Shown: positions 36,375 to 46,843, counted from the stretch's first letter. The stretch: DNA of 62,059 nucleotides from Candidatus Falkowbacteria bacterium (GCA_003518055.1 DOZJ01000002.1:378304-440362), one strand, 5' to 3'. The notes: a model not told the origin generated them from the letters alone. Numbers and translations are program-made.

Positions 36375-37682
36375 ATGTCCAAATCAAATCTCCAACGCGC
36401 CAAAGGCGTTCGCGACTTTGGCCCGGCGGAAAAAATCGAACGTGATCGCATTATCGAGACAATGAAAAAGGTCTTCGAATCTTTTGGTTTCTCGCCAATT
36501 GAAACGCCAATCATTGAGCGCTACGAAACGTTTGCCTCCAAGTTTGCTCAAGGCGAGCAATCTGACGCAATGAAAGAAAGTTTCAAATTCAAAGATCAAG
36601 GCCGACGCGATTTAGTTCTCCGCAACGACTTTACCGTGCCCTTGTCTCGGTTTGTTTCGATGAACTCTGATTTGCCTATGCCATTCAAGCGATATCAAAT
36701 GGGGCAGATATTCAGAGACGGTCCGCTTAAACTTGGCCGCTATCGCGAGTTTTGGCAATGCGACGTTGATATTGTTGGTGAGCCGAACTTCATTGATGAT
36801 GTTGAGATTCTGGTGGTTATTCAATCAATTTTCAAAGCGCTAAATTTGGACGTGACCATAAAATTAAATAATCGAAAACTACTTGGCGCGCTGTTGGATT
36901 ATTATAAAATTAGCAAAGAGGCGCAAACTGAATTTATCATATCGTTGGATAAAATTGATAAAATCGGCAAAACAGGTGTCTTGGCGGAGCTTAAGACGAA
37001 GAATATTGATGCGTCATCAAGTGAATCTTTAATTGATTTGCTGAGTGAGCTTAGCGTTAGTGATATTACAAATGAAGAAAAAATCAATAAATTGGCTGGC
37101 CTAGACGGTTTCAATTCTTCGGCTTTGGAGGAACTGACCCAAACGCTGGCCATGATCAACCAGAATAATATCAGCTTTATTCCGAATCTGGCTCGCGGAT
37201 TAGCCTATTATACTGGGAATGTTTTTGAAGTTTTTTTAACGGACCAATCGAAATTAAGTTCATCCCTCGCCGGTGGCGGACGTTATGATGCTATGATGGC
37301 TGAGTTTACCGGTCTGAATTTGGGCGGCGTCGGCGTCGGTTTCGGGCTGGAAACCATTTTTGACGCTCTGAACTTAGTCGGTTCTGAACCAAACAGACAA
37401 ACCGTAACCAATATTTATGTTATTCCCTTGGGTCAAAATGAACTGAAACCGGCCATGGAGATTGCGAGTCGAATTCGCCAACAAGGCTTTAACGTGGATG
37501 TTGATAAGCTGGACCGAAAAATGAAAAAGAAAATGGAATACGCCAATAAACTGAATATTCCGTACGTGGCCGTTGTCGGTAGTGATGAATTGGCCAGTGA
37601 TTCCGTCATGCTCAAAAACATGGATACCGGCGAGCAAAAATTGATCAAGGTTGACAACCTGTCAACGGAAGTAAAAATTTAA
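36375..37682 (+). CDS. hisS: Histidyl-tRNA synthetase
   Basis: Class II motifs: GVRDFGPAE, FRDGPLKLGRYREFWQCDVDIVG, GGGRYD. 435 aa. Confidence 0.9.
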   Translation: MSKSNLQRAKGVRDFGPAEKIERDRIIETMKKVFESFGFSPIETPIIERYETFASKFAQGEQSDAMKESFKFKDQGRRDLVLRNDFTVPLSRFVSMNSDLPMPFKRYQMGQIFRDGPLKLGRYREFWQCDVDIVGEPNFIDDVEILVVIQSIFKALNLDVTIKLNNRKLLGALLDYYKISKEAQTEFIISLDKIDKIGKTGVLAELKTKNIDASSSESLIDLLSELSVSDITNEEKINKLAGLDGFNSSALEELTQTLAMINQNNISFIPNLARGLAYYTGNVFEVFLTDQSKLSSSLAGGGRYDAMMAEFTGLNLGGVGVGFGLETIFDALNLVGSEPNRQTVTNIYVIPLGQNELKPAMEIASRIRQQGFNVDVDKLDRKMKKKMEYANKLNIPYVAVVGSDELASDSVMLKNMDTGEQKLIKVDNLSTEVKI

Positions 37683-37784
37683 AATATGAAAACAGCATCA
37701 AATTCAAACAACCATTGCGAGCATCGTACTCACTTGCAGACATCGAGGTTGTTTTGATTTTGGTATCATTAATACTCAAATTAA

Positions 37785-37812
37785 ATCAGCCCTGATGTCG
37801 GGGCTGATTTTT
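37785..37812 (+). terminator. Intrinsic terminator after hisS
   Basis: ATCAGCCC (37785-37792) pairs with GGGCTGAT (37801-37808), followed by a T-run. Confidence 0.65.
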
Positions 37813-37831
37813 GTTCCTTAACACCGCTGCC

Positions 37832-38359
37832 ATGGAGGCTGTTATGCGGTACCGGTTCCATGAACTCCAATGGTCTGAGCACGAACTGCTCCAGCAGTTA
37901 GTTTCGTTTTACTGCGAGGTCTGGAAAGAACCTCCGTGGTTTGAAAATTTTTGGACGTCCGATATCGTGTTGAAATCCATTTTCCAGAGTTTTAAAAATC
38001 AAAATGCTGTTTGGCGGCTGGCTCTTGATGATTCAGGGTCGGTTGTCGGATTTACCACGGGGCATGAAGCTGACCGGCGCTACCTGATTGATTTTTCTCG
38101 GCGGGATGATTTTCCAGAATTCCTTCCTGAGGAGAGCTATTACTACGCCGCCGAAATCGCCGTAGTTCAAGCCGAACGTCACCGTGGCTTAGGGGCTGAA
38201 CTTATGAAGTTATTGGTGGCTGATGCCGAGCAACTGGGATTGCGGATTGTGGGTCGGACCAAAAATGAACTAGCGGAAAAGGTTTTGGCCAAAAACGGTT
38301 TTGTCAAAACCATGTTTACCGACGGTCAGGATTCTGAGCGGTTTTACTGGCTGCGGTGA
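37832..38359 (+). CDS. GNAT-family N-acetyltransferase-like protein
   Basis: ORF track 37811 (TTG). ATG at 37832. AEIAVVQAERHRGLGAELMKLL fits the acetyl-CoA-binding R/Q-x-x-G-x-G/A motif. Confidence 0.6.
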   Translation: MEAVMRYRFHELQWSEHELLQQLVSFYCEVWKEPPWFENFWTSDIVLKSIFQSFKNQNAVWRLALDDSGSVVGFTTGHEADRRYLIDFSRRDDFPEFLPEESYYYAAEIAVVQAERHRGLGAELMKLLVADAEQLGLRIVGRTKNELAEKVLAKNGFVKTMFTDGQDSERFYWLR

Positions 38360-38428
38360 GTGTGACCCCGAAGGCAATATCAACGAATGTCGCCTTCGGG
38401 AAATTTTATTAATTAACGAATTTAATAT

Positions 38429-39544
38429 ATGCAAACCAAACAATTGTTATCACAACTCATTGGCTATGACTCTCAGTGTGTGAAATCAAACAAAGACATC
38501 GCGCTTTTTATTGCCTCTTTATTTCCGCCGGAAAATGTTACAATTGATCGATTCAAAAGCAAAAACAGCTTGGATTTATACAATGTAACCATCAAGATTC
38601 AGGGTTTGAATAAAAATCTGCCGCCGTTGATTTTTAGCGGGCACACCGACACAGTCCCGGTGTCAGGCTCTTGGTTGACGGATCCATTTGACGCAGTTGA
38701 AAAAAACAAAGAAATTTTTGGCCTCGGCGCGGTAGATATGAAAGGCGGATTAACCGCTTTAATCCAAACGGCCAGACAACTAATTATCACCAAACCAGAA
38801 CGCGATGTGTATTTTTTCTTTGACGCTGACGAAGAAGGTGGGGGAGAGGGCGGTAGTCGCTTTCTGACTCAATACACGTTTAACCAAGCTGATATTATTA
38901 TCGCCGAACCCACCGATAAGAAAATTATTATTGGTCAAAAAGGAGTAATGGAACTGAAAATTACATTCAGCGGCCGAGCGCAACACGTCAGTTTGGCTGA
39001 TCAGACTTATAATGAAAAAAATAACGCGATATATAAAGCGGCGGCCGCCATTGATTGTCTGAAAAAACTGGAGTTGGAGTTGAACGCGTATGAGGGCAAT
39101 ATGTTCACGTCTCCAACATTGACAGTTTGCCAGATCACCGGTGGTTCAGGCGTTAACATTGTGCCGGCCAAAACTGAAATGATCATCAGTTGCCGTTTTC
39201 TTCCAAGCCAGCAAGTAGAACAAATAAAAGCGTCAATTATCAAGGCAATGAAAACTATTGACAAATTTGTCGTGGTTGAGGATCTTTTGATCGGTTCAGC
39301 CAACTTGGTGCCGGCTGAAAATCCGTTTGTGAAACTATGCCTGATGATTGCTTCATCAGTTGGTCAAAGTGTCCAACTGGACGTTTTTAGCGGCTGGACC
39401 CAAGCTGGGATTTACCGGTCGTGGGGCTCTTGTTTAATTTGGGGGCCGGGCCAAATGAACTTAGCTCATACGGTAAAAGAGCAGGTAGCAATTAAAGATA
39501 TCGATTTGATGTCAGACATTTACCTAAATTTGGCCAAAAATTAA
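38429..39544 (+). CDS. M20-family metallopeptidase (ArgE/DapE-like)
   Basis: FSGHTDTVPV, GLGAVDMKGGL, DADEEGGGEG. Confidence 0.75.
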   Translation: MQTKQLLSQLIGYDSQCVKSNKDIALFIASLFPPENVTIDRFKSKNSLDLYNVTIKIQGLNKNLPPLIFSGHTDTVPVSGSWLTDPFDAVEKNKEIFGLGAVDMKGGLTALIQTARQLIITKPERDVYFFFDADEEGGGEGGSRFLTQYTFNQADIIIAEPTDKKIIIGQKGVMELKITFSGRAQHVSLADQTYNEKNNAIYKAAAAIDCLKKLELELNAYEGNMFTSPTLTVCQITGGSGVNIVPAKTEMIISCRFLPSQQVEQIKASIIKAMKTIDKFVVVEDLLIGSANLVPAENPFVKLCLMIASSVGQSVQLDVFSGWTQAGIYRSWGSCLIWGPGQMNLAHTVKEQVAIKDIDLMSDIYLNLAKN

Positions 39545-39630
39545 GGTGGTTTATGGTTTGACAAAATGTAAAAATTATGATAAAAATAATACCTGGACAT
39601 TAACAACCACCATCGGAAGGAGAGGCCGCC

Positions 39631-41511
39631 GTGTCAATCGCCAACGCTATTGATGATATCAAGAGATTGATTTTCGGTCAGGAGTTTCAGCTCGCGGTAG
39701 AGGAGTTGGATCCTCTGTTGCGCGATCTCAAAACCTACCCGACCAAGAAGCGAAAACCGTTCGTAGCCAGATTAGTCTGCGAATTTGAGGTGATTGAACA
39801 GTCAGCCTATCACAAGGTTGACGAAGCCTTGTCACACGTGGGAAACGCTTTCCTCAACAACGGCTATTTGGATGAAGCGGAAAAATTTTATCTGTACTCG
39901 ATTGAAAAGAGGGCCGGCAATGTTTTTTCAACAACCGGAATTGGTCGATGCTGTTTTCTTCGTGGTGATTATGAAAACGCCCTGAAATGGTTTCGTAAAA
40001 GCCTAAAGATTAATCCAAGAGACAAATTTGTCCAGATCAAAGTGGCTGACACCTATACTGCTATGGAAAAATATGATGAAGCCCTAAAGATTCTGCGCCA
40101 ATTAGTCACGGATGTTGATGCGGCGGATCATTTTGTCGCCAAAAGAATCGCAGATGTTTATTTGCGGCAAAACCGGTTTGGCGACGCTCTGGCGATTTAT
40201 GAAAAGATCAAAGAAAAAGATGATGAGCGACATGATTTGACTCTGTTTGGCCTGTGTCTATGCTATCAATTTTTCGGACAGAAAGAGGCGTTCATTCGCA
40301 CTTTTAATCAGTTTATTGCTTACGATGTGACCAACGCCCGAATTCTAATTGAAATGACAAATGCTTGTTATTCAATGGGCATGTATTCTAAAGCGCACCT
40401 ATGCGCTTATCGAGCTGTAAAACATAACCCTGATCATATTTTTTCTTGGTATTGGCTGGCTAACACTTGCCGTAAAATGAAGCGGTATATGATGGCCATT
40501 CGTATCTGTAACATGCTTCTGGTTAAATCAGGGATTGATCCCGAAGACCGGGTTCGAATTTTGACCTGCAAGGGATATTGTTTTATGGAGCTTTATCGGG
40601 ATCAACCGACTGAAAACGCACATTTCAAGTTCTCGGAAGCGAGTCTGCTTGGTGCGAGTGATAAAATGGGGTGGGCTGCGGCCGGGCTGGTCTTTTTGTA
40701 CGGGACCAAATACCGCCATCATCCGGAACATAGAATCGAAATGATTTATCAGATGGAGAAATATCTTTACTGGGCTGAACAACTATCACCCAATACCAAA
40801 GATGTTGATCATGCTGGTGTAATGTATCGTCGGCATCGAGCTGATTTCGAGCAAGAATTTCCAAATCTGTTTGATTATGCCACACCGAATGAGCAATCAT
40901 CGTATGAACAGCCTGAAACCCAAACTGATGCCGTTCCTGACTTGTCATCCGAGCAGCTTTTATCTTATCTGAAGCAATGTATTCGAGACAAAGAAGTGGA
41001 TGAACCGATGTTTGGTCGTAGATTGCTGCATTTGACTTATACGGCCAATGGGCAGCTGGACCGCAACTTGGTTTCACTCGCTTACGCTGCCGAATGCAAT
41101 GGTTTGGTGGCATTGGGTGAACGGCTGTACCTTCAAAGCCTGATCGTGAATCCCACCAACACCATGGCCCTAGCTCGATTGTCCGGTATTATGAGAAAAA
41201 TGAAGCATTTTGAGCTGGCGGTAATTCTAGCTCGGAAGGCTCATTCGGTTGCCGTTGATAATTTTCATAGCTGGCTCAGTTTTGTTTCCGCTCTGTTTGA
41301 TGCCGAGAGATATGATGAAGGGATCACCGAATGCGAACAGCTGCTTGTCTTTGATCGTCAGTATGACGTCAATATCAGGGCCCGTTTGGCTGAAGTTTAT
41401 GAGGTTGTGGGTGAGTGGCGTAAGGCCGCGGATTTGTATGATGACTTATACGAGAAGACCGGTCAGGAACGATTTTTTGCGGCGATCCAACGTTGTTTCC
41501 CGCATATCTAA
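39631..41511 (+). CDS. Tetratricopeptide-repeat protein (626 aa)
   Basis: GTG start after GGAAGGAGAG. Recurrent TPR-like A/Y/L patterns (e.g. GDYENALKWFRKSLKINPRD). Confidence 0.65.
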   Translation: MSIANAIDDIKRLIFGQEFQLAVEELDPLLRDLKTYPTKKRKPFVARLVCEFEVIEQSAYHKVDEALSHVGNAFLNNGYLDEAEKFYLYSIEKRAGNVFSTTGIGRCCFLRGDYENALKWFRKSLKINPRDKFVQIKVADTYTAMEKYDEALKILRQLVTDVDAADHFVAKRIADVYLRQNRFGDALAIYEKIKEKDDERHDLTLFGLCLCYQFFGQKEAFIRTFNQFIAYDVTNARILIEMTNACYSMGMYSKAHLCAYRAVKHNPDHIFSWYWLANTCRKMKRYMMAIRICNMLLVKSGIDPEDRVRILTCKGYCFMELYRDQPTENAHFKFSEASLLGASDKMGWAAAGLVFLYGTKYRHHPEHRIEMIYQMEKYLYWAEQLSPNTKDVDHAGVMYRRHRADFEQEFPNLFDYATPNEQSSYEQPETQTDAVPDLSSEQLLSYLKQCIRDKEVDEPMFGRRLLHLTYTANGQLDRNLVSLAYAAECNGLVALGERLYLQSLIVNPTNTMALARLSGIMRKMKHFELAVILARKAHSVAVDNFHSWLSFVSALFDAERYDEGITECEQLLVFDRQYDVNIRARLAEVYEVVGEWRKAADLYDDLYEKTGQERFFAAIQRCFPHI

Positions 41512-41635
41512 TAGGGTAAAAATCCCTATTTTTTGTTGTTAATTTCCAAATGAGGAAAATACTTGCAAATAATTGTTAATTATGATATTATCTTGTTAGT
41601 TTCCATGAAATATTTCTTTGAATAAGGCAAAATGC

Positions 41636-41710
41636 GCCAGCGTAGCTCAGTGGTAGAGCAGTGGTTTTGTAAACCATTGGTCGCGGGTTCGAATCCCCCC
41701 GCTGGCTCCA
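41636..41710 (+). tRNA. tRNA-Thr(UGU): tRNA-Thr (anticodon TGT), CCA encoded
   Basis: Manual cloverleaf: acceptor GCCAGCG/CGCTGGC, anticodon arm GTGGT-TTTGTAA-ACCAT, T-loop TTCGAAT. Confidence 0.85.
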
Positions 41711-41739
41711 GGTTATCGCATTGGCGACAGGGACCAGCC
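41691..41739 (+). repeat. Direct repeat copy 1 (tRNA-Thr 3' end plus 29 nt downstream)
   Basis: 49 nt, GAATCCCCCCGCTGGCTCCAGGTTATCGCATTGGCGACAGGGACCAGCC. Repeated at 41800-41848 with one mismatch. Confidence 0.85.
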
Positions 41740-41799
41740 AGTGTAATTGGGGATGAGAAGCTTGCCCTGAGCGAGTCGCCGATAGCGACGAGTCGAAGG

Positions 41800-41848
41800 G
41801 AATCCCCCCGCTGGCTCCAGGTTGTCGCATTGGCGACAGGGACCAGCC
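41800..41848 (+). repeat. Direct repeat copy 2 (att-like duplicate of the tRNA-Thr 3' end)
   Basis: Same 49-mer with A to G at position 25. 60 nt separate the two copies. Confidence 0.85.
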
Positions 41849-42009
41849 TGATTCGAGTAGCCCGGAATGACGGTTTTGGTTTACAGTCCGGCAAAGTTTA
41901 TGGTGGGTTAATGTTTATTTAGAATTTATATATTATTATTTATACGCCATAGGACGTATCCCTGCCTACCGGCAGGCAGGTGTCCTTTGGCAGAGAATTT
42001 AAACCCAAT

Positions 42010-42165
42010 ATGTCTCAAGACAATCTGATCAAGCTTCAATGCAAAGAATGCCGCAGTATCAACTATCATACAAAACGGAATAAAAAGAAAATCAAAGAAA
42101 AACTGGAGCTGAACAAGTTCTGCAATACCTGCCGCAAACATACTGAGCACAAAGAAGTAAAATAA
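42010..42165 (+). CDS. rpmG: 50S ribosomal protein L33 (zinc-ribbon type, 51 aa)
   Basis: ORF track frame 41980, starting at MSQDNLIKLQC (42010). CKEC...CNTC and the KLELNKFC...H.EHKE pattern are typical of L33. Confidence 0.8.
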   Translation: MSQDNLIKLQCKECRSINYHTKRNKKKIKEKLELNKFCNTCRKHTEHKEVK

Positions 42166-42245
42166 GAGACCATCACTGGTCTTTTGTTTTATGGTTATGT
42201 TAAATATCCTCACAATCAAAAACAGTCAAAACAGCCGGAGGTTGA

Positions 42246-42881
42246 ATGGACCGGAAACTGATCGCCAACCGTTGGCTCAAATACTGGCTCTGTTATGGGG
42301 TCATTGCTTTTGGCGCCGGCGGGTATATTCTAACCAACCACATTTCATATCCCCACACCTCCCAGCTGCCTCTGACGTTGATTGACCAGCAGGTTCCTTT
42401 TTGGCCGTGGACGATCATAGTGTATAGTTTGATTTTCGGTTTGGTCGTGATTATGCCCTTTTTGATCAATGAAGAGTTTATGCTGCGCCGGGCTTTGCTA
42501 GGAGCCACCGTTCTCATCAGTCTGAATTTAATGGTGTTCGTTCTATTTCCGGTTGAATATCCGGCCAGACCTGACATGGATACCATTATGATGGCTGGAA
42601 GTTTTTGGGCAGATGTTTACAGCCTGATTCACCGGCTTGATACCACCAGCAATTGTTTTCCGAGCATGCATGTGAGTATGTCGACGCTTTTTGTCCTGGT
42701 ATTTTATAGAACTCGGCCAAAACTATTCAGGTTGTTTGCCGGCCTCGCGGTGATTATTTCATTCTCTACGCTGACCACCAAACAACATTATGTTATTGAT
42801 GTCGCGGCCGGTCTGATTTTGGGTGGGCTATCATACTATATCGCTTGCCGTCAGTATCCGCACCGCTTAACCTCATCTTAA
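42246..42881 (+). CDS. PAP2-superfamily membrane phosphatase / phosphotransferase
   Basis: PSMHVS and TKQHYVIDV match PAP2 motifs C2/C3. Six TM helices. Confidence 0.65.
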   Translation: MDRKLIANRWLKYWLCYGVIAFGAGGYILTNHISYPHTSQLPLTLIDQQVPFWPWTIIVYSLIFGLVVIMPFLINEEFMLRRALLGATVLISLNLMVFVLFPVEYPARPDMDTIMMAGSFWADVYSLIHRLDTTSNCFPSMHVSMSTLFVLVFYRTRPKLFRLFAGLAVIISFSTLTTKQHYVIDVAAGLILGGLSYYIACRQYPHRLTSS

Positions 42882-42942
42882 CCGGAATCGTATTAATCAA
42901 TACGATTTTTTTAAATAAAAATAGACATTGTATATGTCTATG

Positions 42943-43254
42943 TTATTGTTCTGTTTTTTCCTTCGCCTGTTCTTCAAGCATTTTTTTTATAGTCAGCATT
43001 CCGCAGATATTATCGTAATGCAGTTGGATGATTCGAACCAAAATAATTGTTGAGAACCAGATTAGGTAGATGTTTGGATGAAGGCGACCCAACGCCTCGG
43101 GGAAAGCCACATCACCGCCGATTAATGTGGTGAAATAAAGCAGGGCGATTGCTCCCGTTGAGCCAAAGAGGAAGTAGAAAAATGATGCTGCCCAAGAGCG
43201 ATATTTGAGATATTTACGAAGATCATATGTTTCATGGGGCATCGTGTGGTTCAT
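42943..43254 (-). CDS. Small membrane protein (103 aa)
   Basis: GGAGGAGGA SD (rc of about 43261-43270). Two to three TM helices. Confidence 0.6.
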   Translation of the reverse strand: MNHTMPHETYDLRKYLKYRSWAASFFYFLFGSTGAIALLYFTTLIGGDVAFPEALGRLHPNIYLIWFSTIILVRIIQLHYDNICGMLTIKKMLEEQAKEKTEQ

Positions 43255-43360
43255 GGTATTCCTCCTCCATGGTGGGCAGATTCAATATTATACGCCGTAA
43301 GTTGCTTTTGTCAATGGCGCCGGTTGTTTTCAGGTACGCTTTTTTGTATAATGTTCATAT

Positions 43361-45052
43361 ATGTTACAAGTTCATGAAGAGGGCCGATATCGACATTTTG
43401 TCATGGTCATTTCCGTGGTCTTTTTTTTCATCAGCAGTTATTTTATTTTTGCCCATTGGCTGCCGCAATATAGGGAGTCGGGGCAGATGATTTTTGACTG
43501 GCCGGATGCCATGGCCAACTTTGCCTTTATTGAATCATTTATCGCGGACAATCAATTTTTGATTCCTTTTCCTGACAATTCGGATATTCAAAATGTAGTT
43601 CACCCCCGCAGCGTCAATGTTTTTGCCGGTAATTTGGTTCCAATGGGATTTATCGGCCAAGTTTTGCTATATGGACTCATTGGCAAAGTGATTGGCGTTT
43701 ATGGTGTATTGTTTTTAACCCCCTTTTTCGGCTCTCTCGCCGTGTATTATTATTATCGATTATGCGCGAAGATATTCCATAATGATCTGGTCGGTTTTAT
43801 CAGCGCCGCGCTTCTAGCCACTCAATCGGCCTTCGTCTACTACACTATGGTAGTGATGCTGCATACAGTGTTGTTTGTCTCATTACTTATTATAGGTTTT
43901 TGGCTTTTAATCAAGCGAAATGACACCGACAAAGCAGTAAAAAAATATACCTTGATTTTTTTCAGCGGTTTCACAATCGGTTTTGCTTTAGCGGTGAGAA
44001 CGGTTGAAGCTCCATGGGTTTTGCTATCGGTTTTAATTTTATCTTTGATTTATGCTCGGCAAAAATGGTGGCTGTCGGCTCTGATATTTTGTTTTGGGTT
44101 GTCAGCGGCCTTTGCCCCGGTCTTTCTTATCAATAGTCAGTTGTATGGCGACGCTCTCAGTTTTGGTTATCTTAAACTCCACCAATCCGGCGAAGTTTTT
44201 AGTCGTCTGCCCGACGCTTTTAAAGTTAGCGGTCAAAATCAATTTGAACGCGTAATTCGAGCCGTCTTTTTACCCTTCGGCTGGAATGTAAAAAATTTGT
44301 TCAAAGTTGGTTATTTCTTTATCCTCCAAAATTTTTGGCCGTATTTATCGTTGACAGTTTTGGGCTTGGTTGCCTTTTTGCGCCAAAAAGAAAAATCTCT
44401 CGCGATGTGGGTTTATCTCGGAATTGGGTCAATGATTTGTCTCTGGCTGGTGTTGTATTATGGCAATTGGCGTTTCGATGATCTGGATGTGCTCCGCTAT
44501 GCGTCTATCAGCAGCTCATATACCAGATATTTACTGCCATTTTATATTTTGACTATTCCGGGAGCCGCTTACTTTATTTACAGGCTAATTTCAGGCTCAA
44601 AAGCTAAATTCCTTAGGCAACTGGCAGCAATATTTATCATTTTGGGGGTGGTTGGTTTTTCTGGCTATTCCGCCTTGTTCGGCCAAAAGGCTGATGGTCT
44701 TATTCATTATGACGAAACTACTCGCCGATATTACCGCCAATTTATGGTCGCTGATGCCATATTGCCGGCCAATAGCCTGGTAATTACTGACCGGGCTGAT
44801 AAATATTTTTTTCCCAAATATCAGACGGTTGTTTTTCAGTTGAATTATTCAATTTTCCCCGAATTGGCCAGAGTAATTGACAAATACCCGATCTATTATT
44901 TCACAGTCATGCCGGACAAAGACATTTCGTATATAAATCGGGAAAAAATCAATGAGTTTAATCTAATCCTTCACCAGCCGATTACCATTGATGACTCTTA
45001 TCGATTATTTCGACTGGATACGCTTGAGAATTTCACAAAAAATCAAAAATAA
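43361..45052 (+). CDS. Polytopic membrane protein, GT-C (ArnT/PMT)-like glycosyltransferase candidate (563 aa)
   Basis: More than 10 TM helices plus a soluble C-terminal domain. Heads a glycosylation gene cluster. Function is inferred from context. Confidence 0.5.
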   Translation: MLQVHEEGRYRHFVMVISVVFFFISSYFIFAHWLPQYRESGQMIFDWPDAMANFAFIESFIADNQFLIPFPDNSDIQNVVHPRSVNVFAGNLVPMGFIGQVLLYGLIGKVIGVYGVLFLTPFFGSLAVYYYYRLCAKIFHNDLVGFISAALLATQSAFVYYTMVVMLHTVLFVSLLIIGFWLLIKRNDTDKAVKKYTLIFFSGFTIGFALAVRTVEAPWVLLSVLILSLIYARQKWWLSALIFCFGLSAAFAPVFLINSQLYGDALSFGYLKLHQSGEVFSRLPDAFKVSGQNQFERVIRAVFLPFGWNVKNLFKVGYFFILQNFWPYLSLTVLGLVAFLRQKEKSLAMWVYLGIGSMICLWLVLYYGNWRFDDLDVLRYASISSSYTRYLLPFYILTIPGAAYFIYRLISGSKAKFLRQLAAIFIILGVVGFSGYSALFGQKADGLIHYDETTRRYYRQFMVADAILPANSLVITDRADKYFFPKYQTVVFQLNYSIFPELARVIDKYPIYYFTVMPDKDISYINREKINEFNLILHQPITIDDSYRLFRLDTLENFTKNQK

Positions 45053-45093
45053 GCTATAATTAACAGGTACGGATATAAATTAATTTTGTAACT

Positions 45094-46119
45094 ATGACAA
45101 AAAAGACTGATCAAAAAGACAAGGTTGCCGCGGTTTTTGGCGGGGCGGGGTTTATTGGATCTCATTTATGCGAGCGTTTGCTGGAAGATGGGTATAATGT
45201 TGTTTGTGTCGATAATTTTATTTCCAGCGGTCAAAATAACATTTCTCATTTACTACGGCTGCCAAAATTTGAGTTTATCAAACATGATATTACTGAACCG
45301 CTTGATCTGGAGTCTATTCATGACCTGGAAAAATTTCAGATCAAAGTGTTTGGTATTACCGAGGTGTATAATCTCGCCTGCCCGACTTCAATCAAGAATT
45401 TTGAACAGGTGAAACTCGAAACCGCCCTGACCAATTTTATGGGCACCAAAAACACTTTGGATCTAGCGGTCAAATATAAGGCTAAGTACATGTATTTTTC
45501 TTCTCAGGTTGTCTATGGCAACTTTGAAAAAGGCGAGTTTGTCAATGAAGATTTTTTTGAAGGCGTGACCAATCAGCTTGATCCGCGGGCTTGTTATGAT
45601 GAGGGTAAACGTTTTGCTGAAACTCTTGTTGATGTATATCGGGAAACGCAACAAGTCGATACAAAAATCGTTCGAATTTTTCGTACCTACGGCCCACGGA
45701 TGCTCCTTGGCGACGGTCAGATGATTCCTGATTTTATCGTCAACGCTATCGAAGGCAAAGAGCTGATTCTTCACGGCGGCACTGATTTTAAAACCAGCCT
45801 CATCTATGTTTCTGATGTGGTTGAGGGTTGCATGAAATTGATGGGATCAACGAGCAACGGTCCGTTCAACATAGGCAACCCCGAAGTCCATAATATTACA
45901 GACGTGGCGCAAAAGATCTTGGAATTGACCGAATCAAAATCATCAACGGTTGAAGGCGAGAAGCTTTTATTTCTCAGGGAAGGCGCTTTTCCGGATATTA
46001 CCCGAGCCAAAGAGGATATTGGCTGGTTTCCATTAATCACCCTAGAAGACGGGTTGAATAAAACGATCGAGTATACCAAGGCGCACAAAAATCTATTGGT
46101 CTTCCGAACCGAGGTTTAA
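45094..46119 (+). CDS. NAD-dependent sugar-nucleotide epimerase/dehydratase (UDP-glucuronate decarboxylase-like)
   Basis: VFGGAGFIGSHLCERLLEDGYNVVCVDN Rossmann motif. YDEGKR catalytic Y-x3-K. Confidence 0.8.
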   Translation: MTKKTDQKDKVAAVFGGAGFIGSHLCERLLEDGYNVVCVDNFISSGQNNISHLLRLPKFEFIKHDITEPLDLESIHDLEKFQIKVFGITEVYNLACPTSIKNFEQVKLETALTNFMGTKNTLDLAVKYKAKYMYFSSQVVYGNFEKGEFVNEDFFEGVTNQLDPRACYDEGKRFAETLVDVYRETQQVDTKIVRIFRTYGPRMLLGDGQMIPDFIVNAIEGKELILHGGTDFKTSLIYVSDVVEGCMKLMGSTSNGPFNIGNPEVHNITDVAQKILELTESKSSTVEGEKLLFLREGAFPDITRAKEDIGWFPLITLEDGLNKTIEYTKAHKNLLVFRTEV

Positions 46120-46176
46120 TGACGCATCATGGCCTACGAATTGACAAAGACCAACTTTATTCGTAGGCTTTTATAT

Positions 46177-46842
46177 ATGGATCAGGTTTTTATCGTAATT
46201 CCAGCCTATAATGAAAGTGACAGCCTGAAACAGGTGCTGGTCGATCTTTTGGCTATTAATTATCGGCATATTGTTATTGTCGATGATGGCTCCAGCTGCC
46301 CGGTATCAGAAATTATCCGCGACTTCCCGGTTCATATAGTCACGCACAGCCTGAATCTCGGCCAAGGTGCCGCTCTGCGTACAGGTACGGAATATGCTCT
46401 TCAAAATGGGGCGGAGATTGTCGTGCACTTTGATGCCGATGGTCAGCATCGAGCAGCGGAAATCGCTGATTTGGTACAAGTCATAGCTGAGGGATATGAT
46501 GTGGCCCTCGGGTCACGGTTTTTACACGCTCGACAACACGTGCCGAAAACAAAAAAATATTTCATCTTAAAACCGGCTATATATGTGAATTGGCTGTTCT
46601 CCGGTCTTAAACTGTCCGACGCGCATAATGGCTTTCGCGCTCTGTCCCGTCATGCTGCCGGCAAGATTATTATTGAACAAAACCGCATGGCGCATGGCAC
46701 TGAGATTGTCGCGGAGATAAAAAAGCATAATCTTAAATTCAAAGAGGTGCCGGTTGAAATTATTTACCATGAATATGGTCAAAATTTTAGTGGTGGGATC
46801 AAGGTCGTTATGGATCTAATAAAACAAAAATTCTTCAATTGA
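46177..46842 (+). CDS. GT2-family glycosyltransferase (polyprenol-phosphate sugar transferase-like)
   Basis: ORF track 46129. The likely start is MDQVFIVIPAYNES (46177). The DDGS and FDADGQH motifs are present. Confidence 0.75.
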   Translation: MDQVFIVIPAYNESDSLKQVLVDLLAINYRHIVIVDDGSSCPVSEIIRDFPVHIVTHSLNLGQGAALRTGTEYALQNGAEIVVHFDADGQHRAAEIADLVQVIAEGYDVALGSRFLHARQHVPKTKKYFILKPAIYVNWLFSGLKLSDAHNGFRALSRHAAGKIIIEQNRMAHGTEIVAEIKKHNLKFKEVPVEIIYHEYGQNFSGGIKVVMDLIKQKFFN

Positions 46843-46843
46843 T

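Noticed and set aside
41580-41922. Track ORFs 41580..41894(-), 41588..41830(-) and 41632..41922(+)
   Set aside because: They overlap tRNA-Thr and its duplicated 3' end. They are artefacts of the GC-rich repeat.
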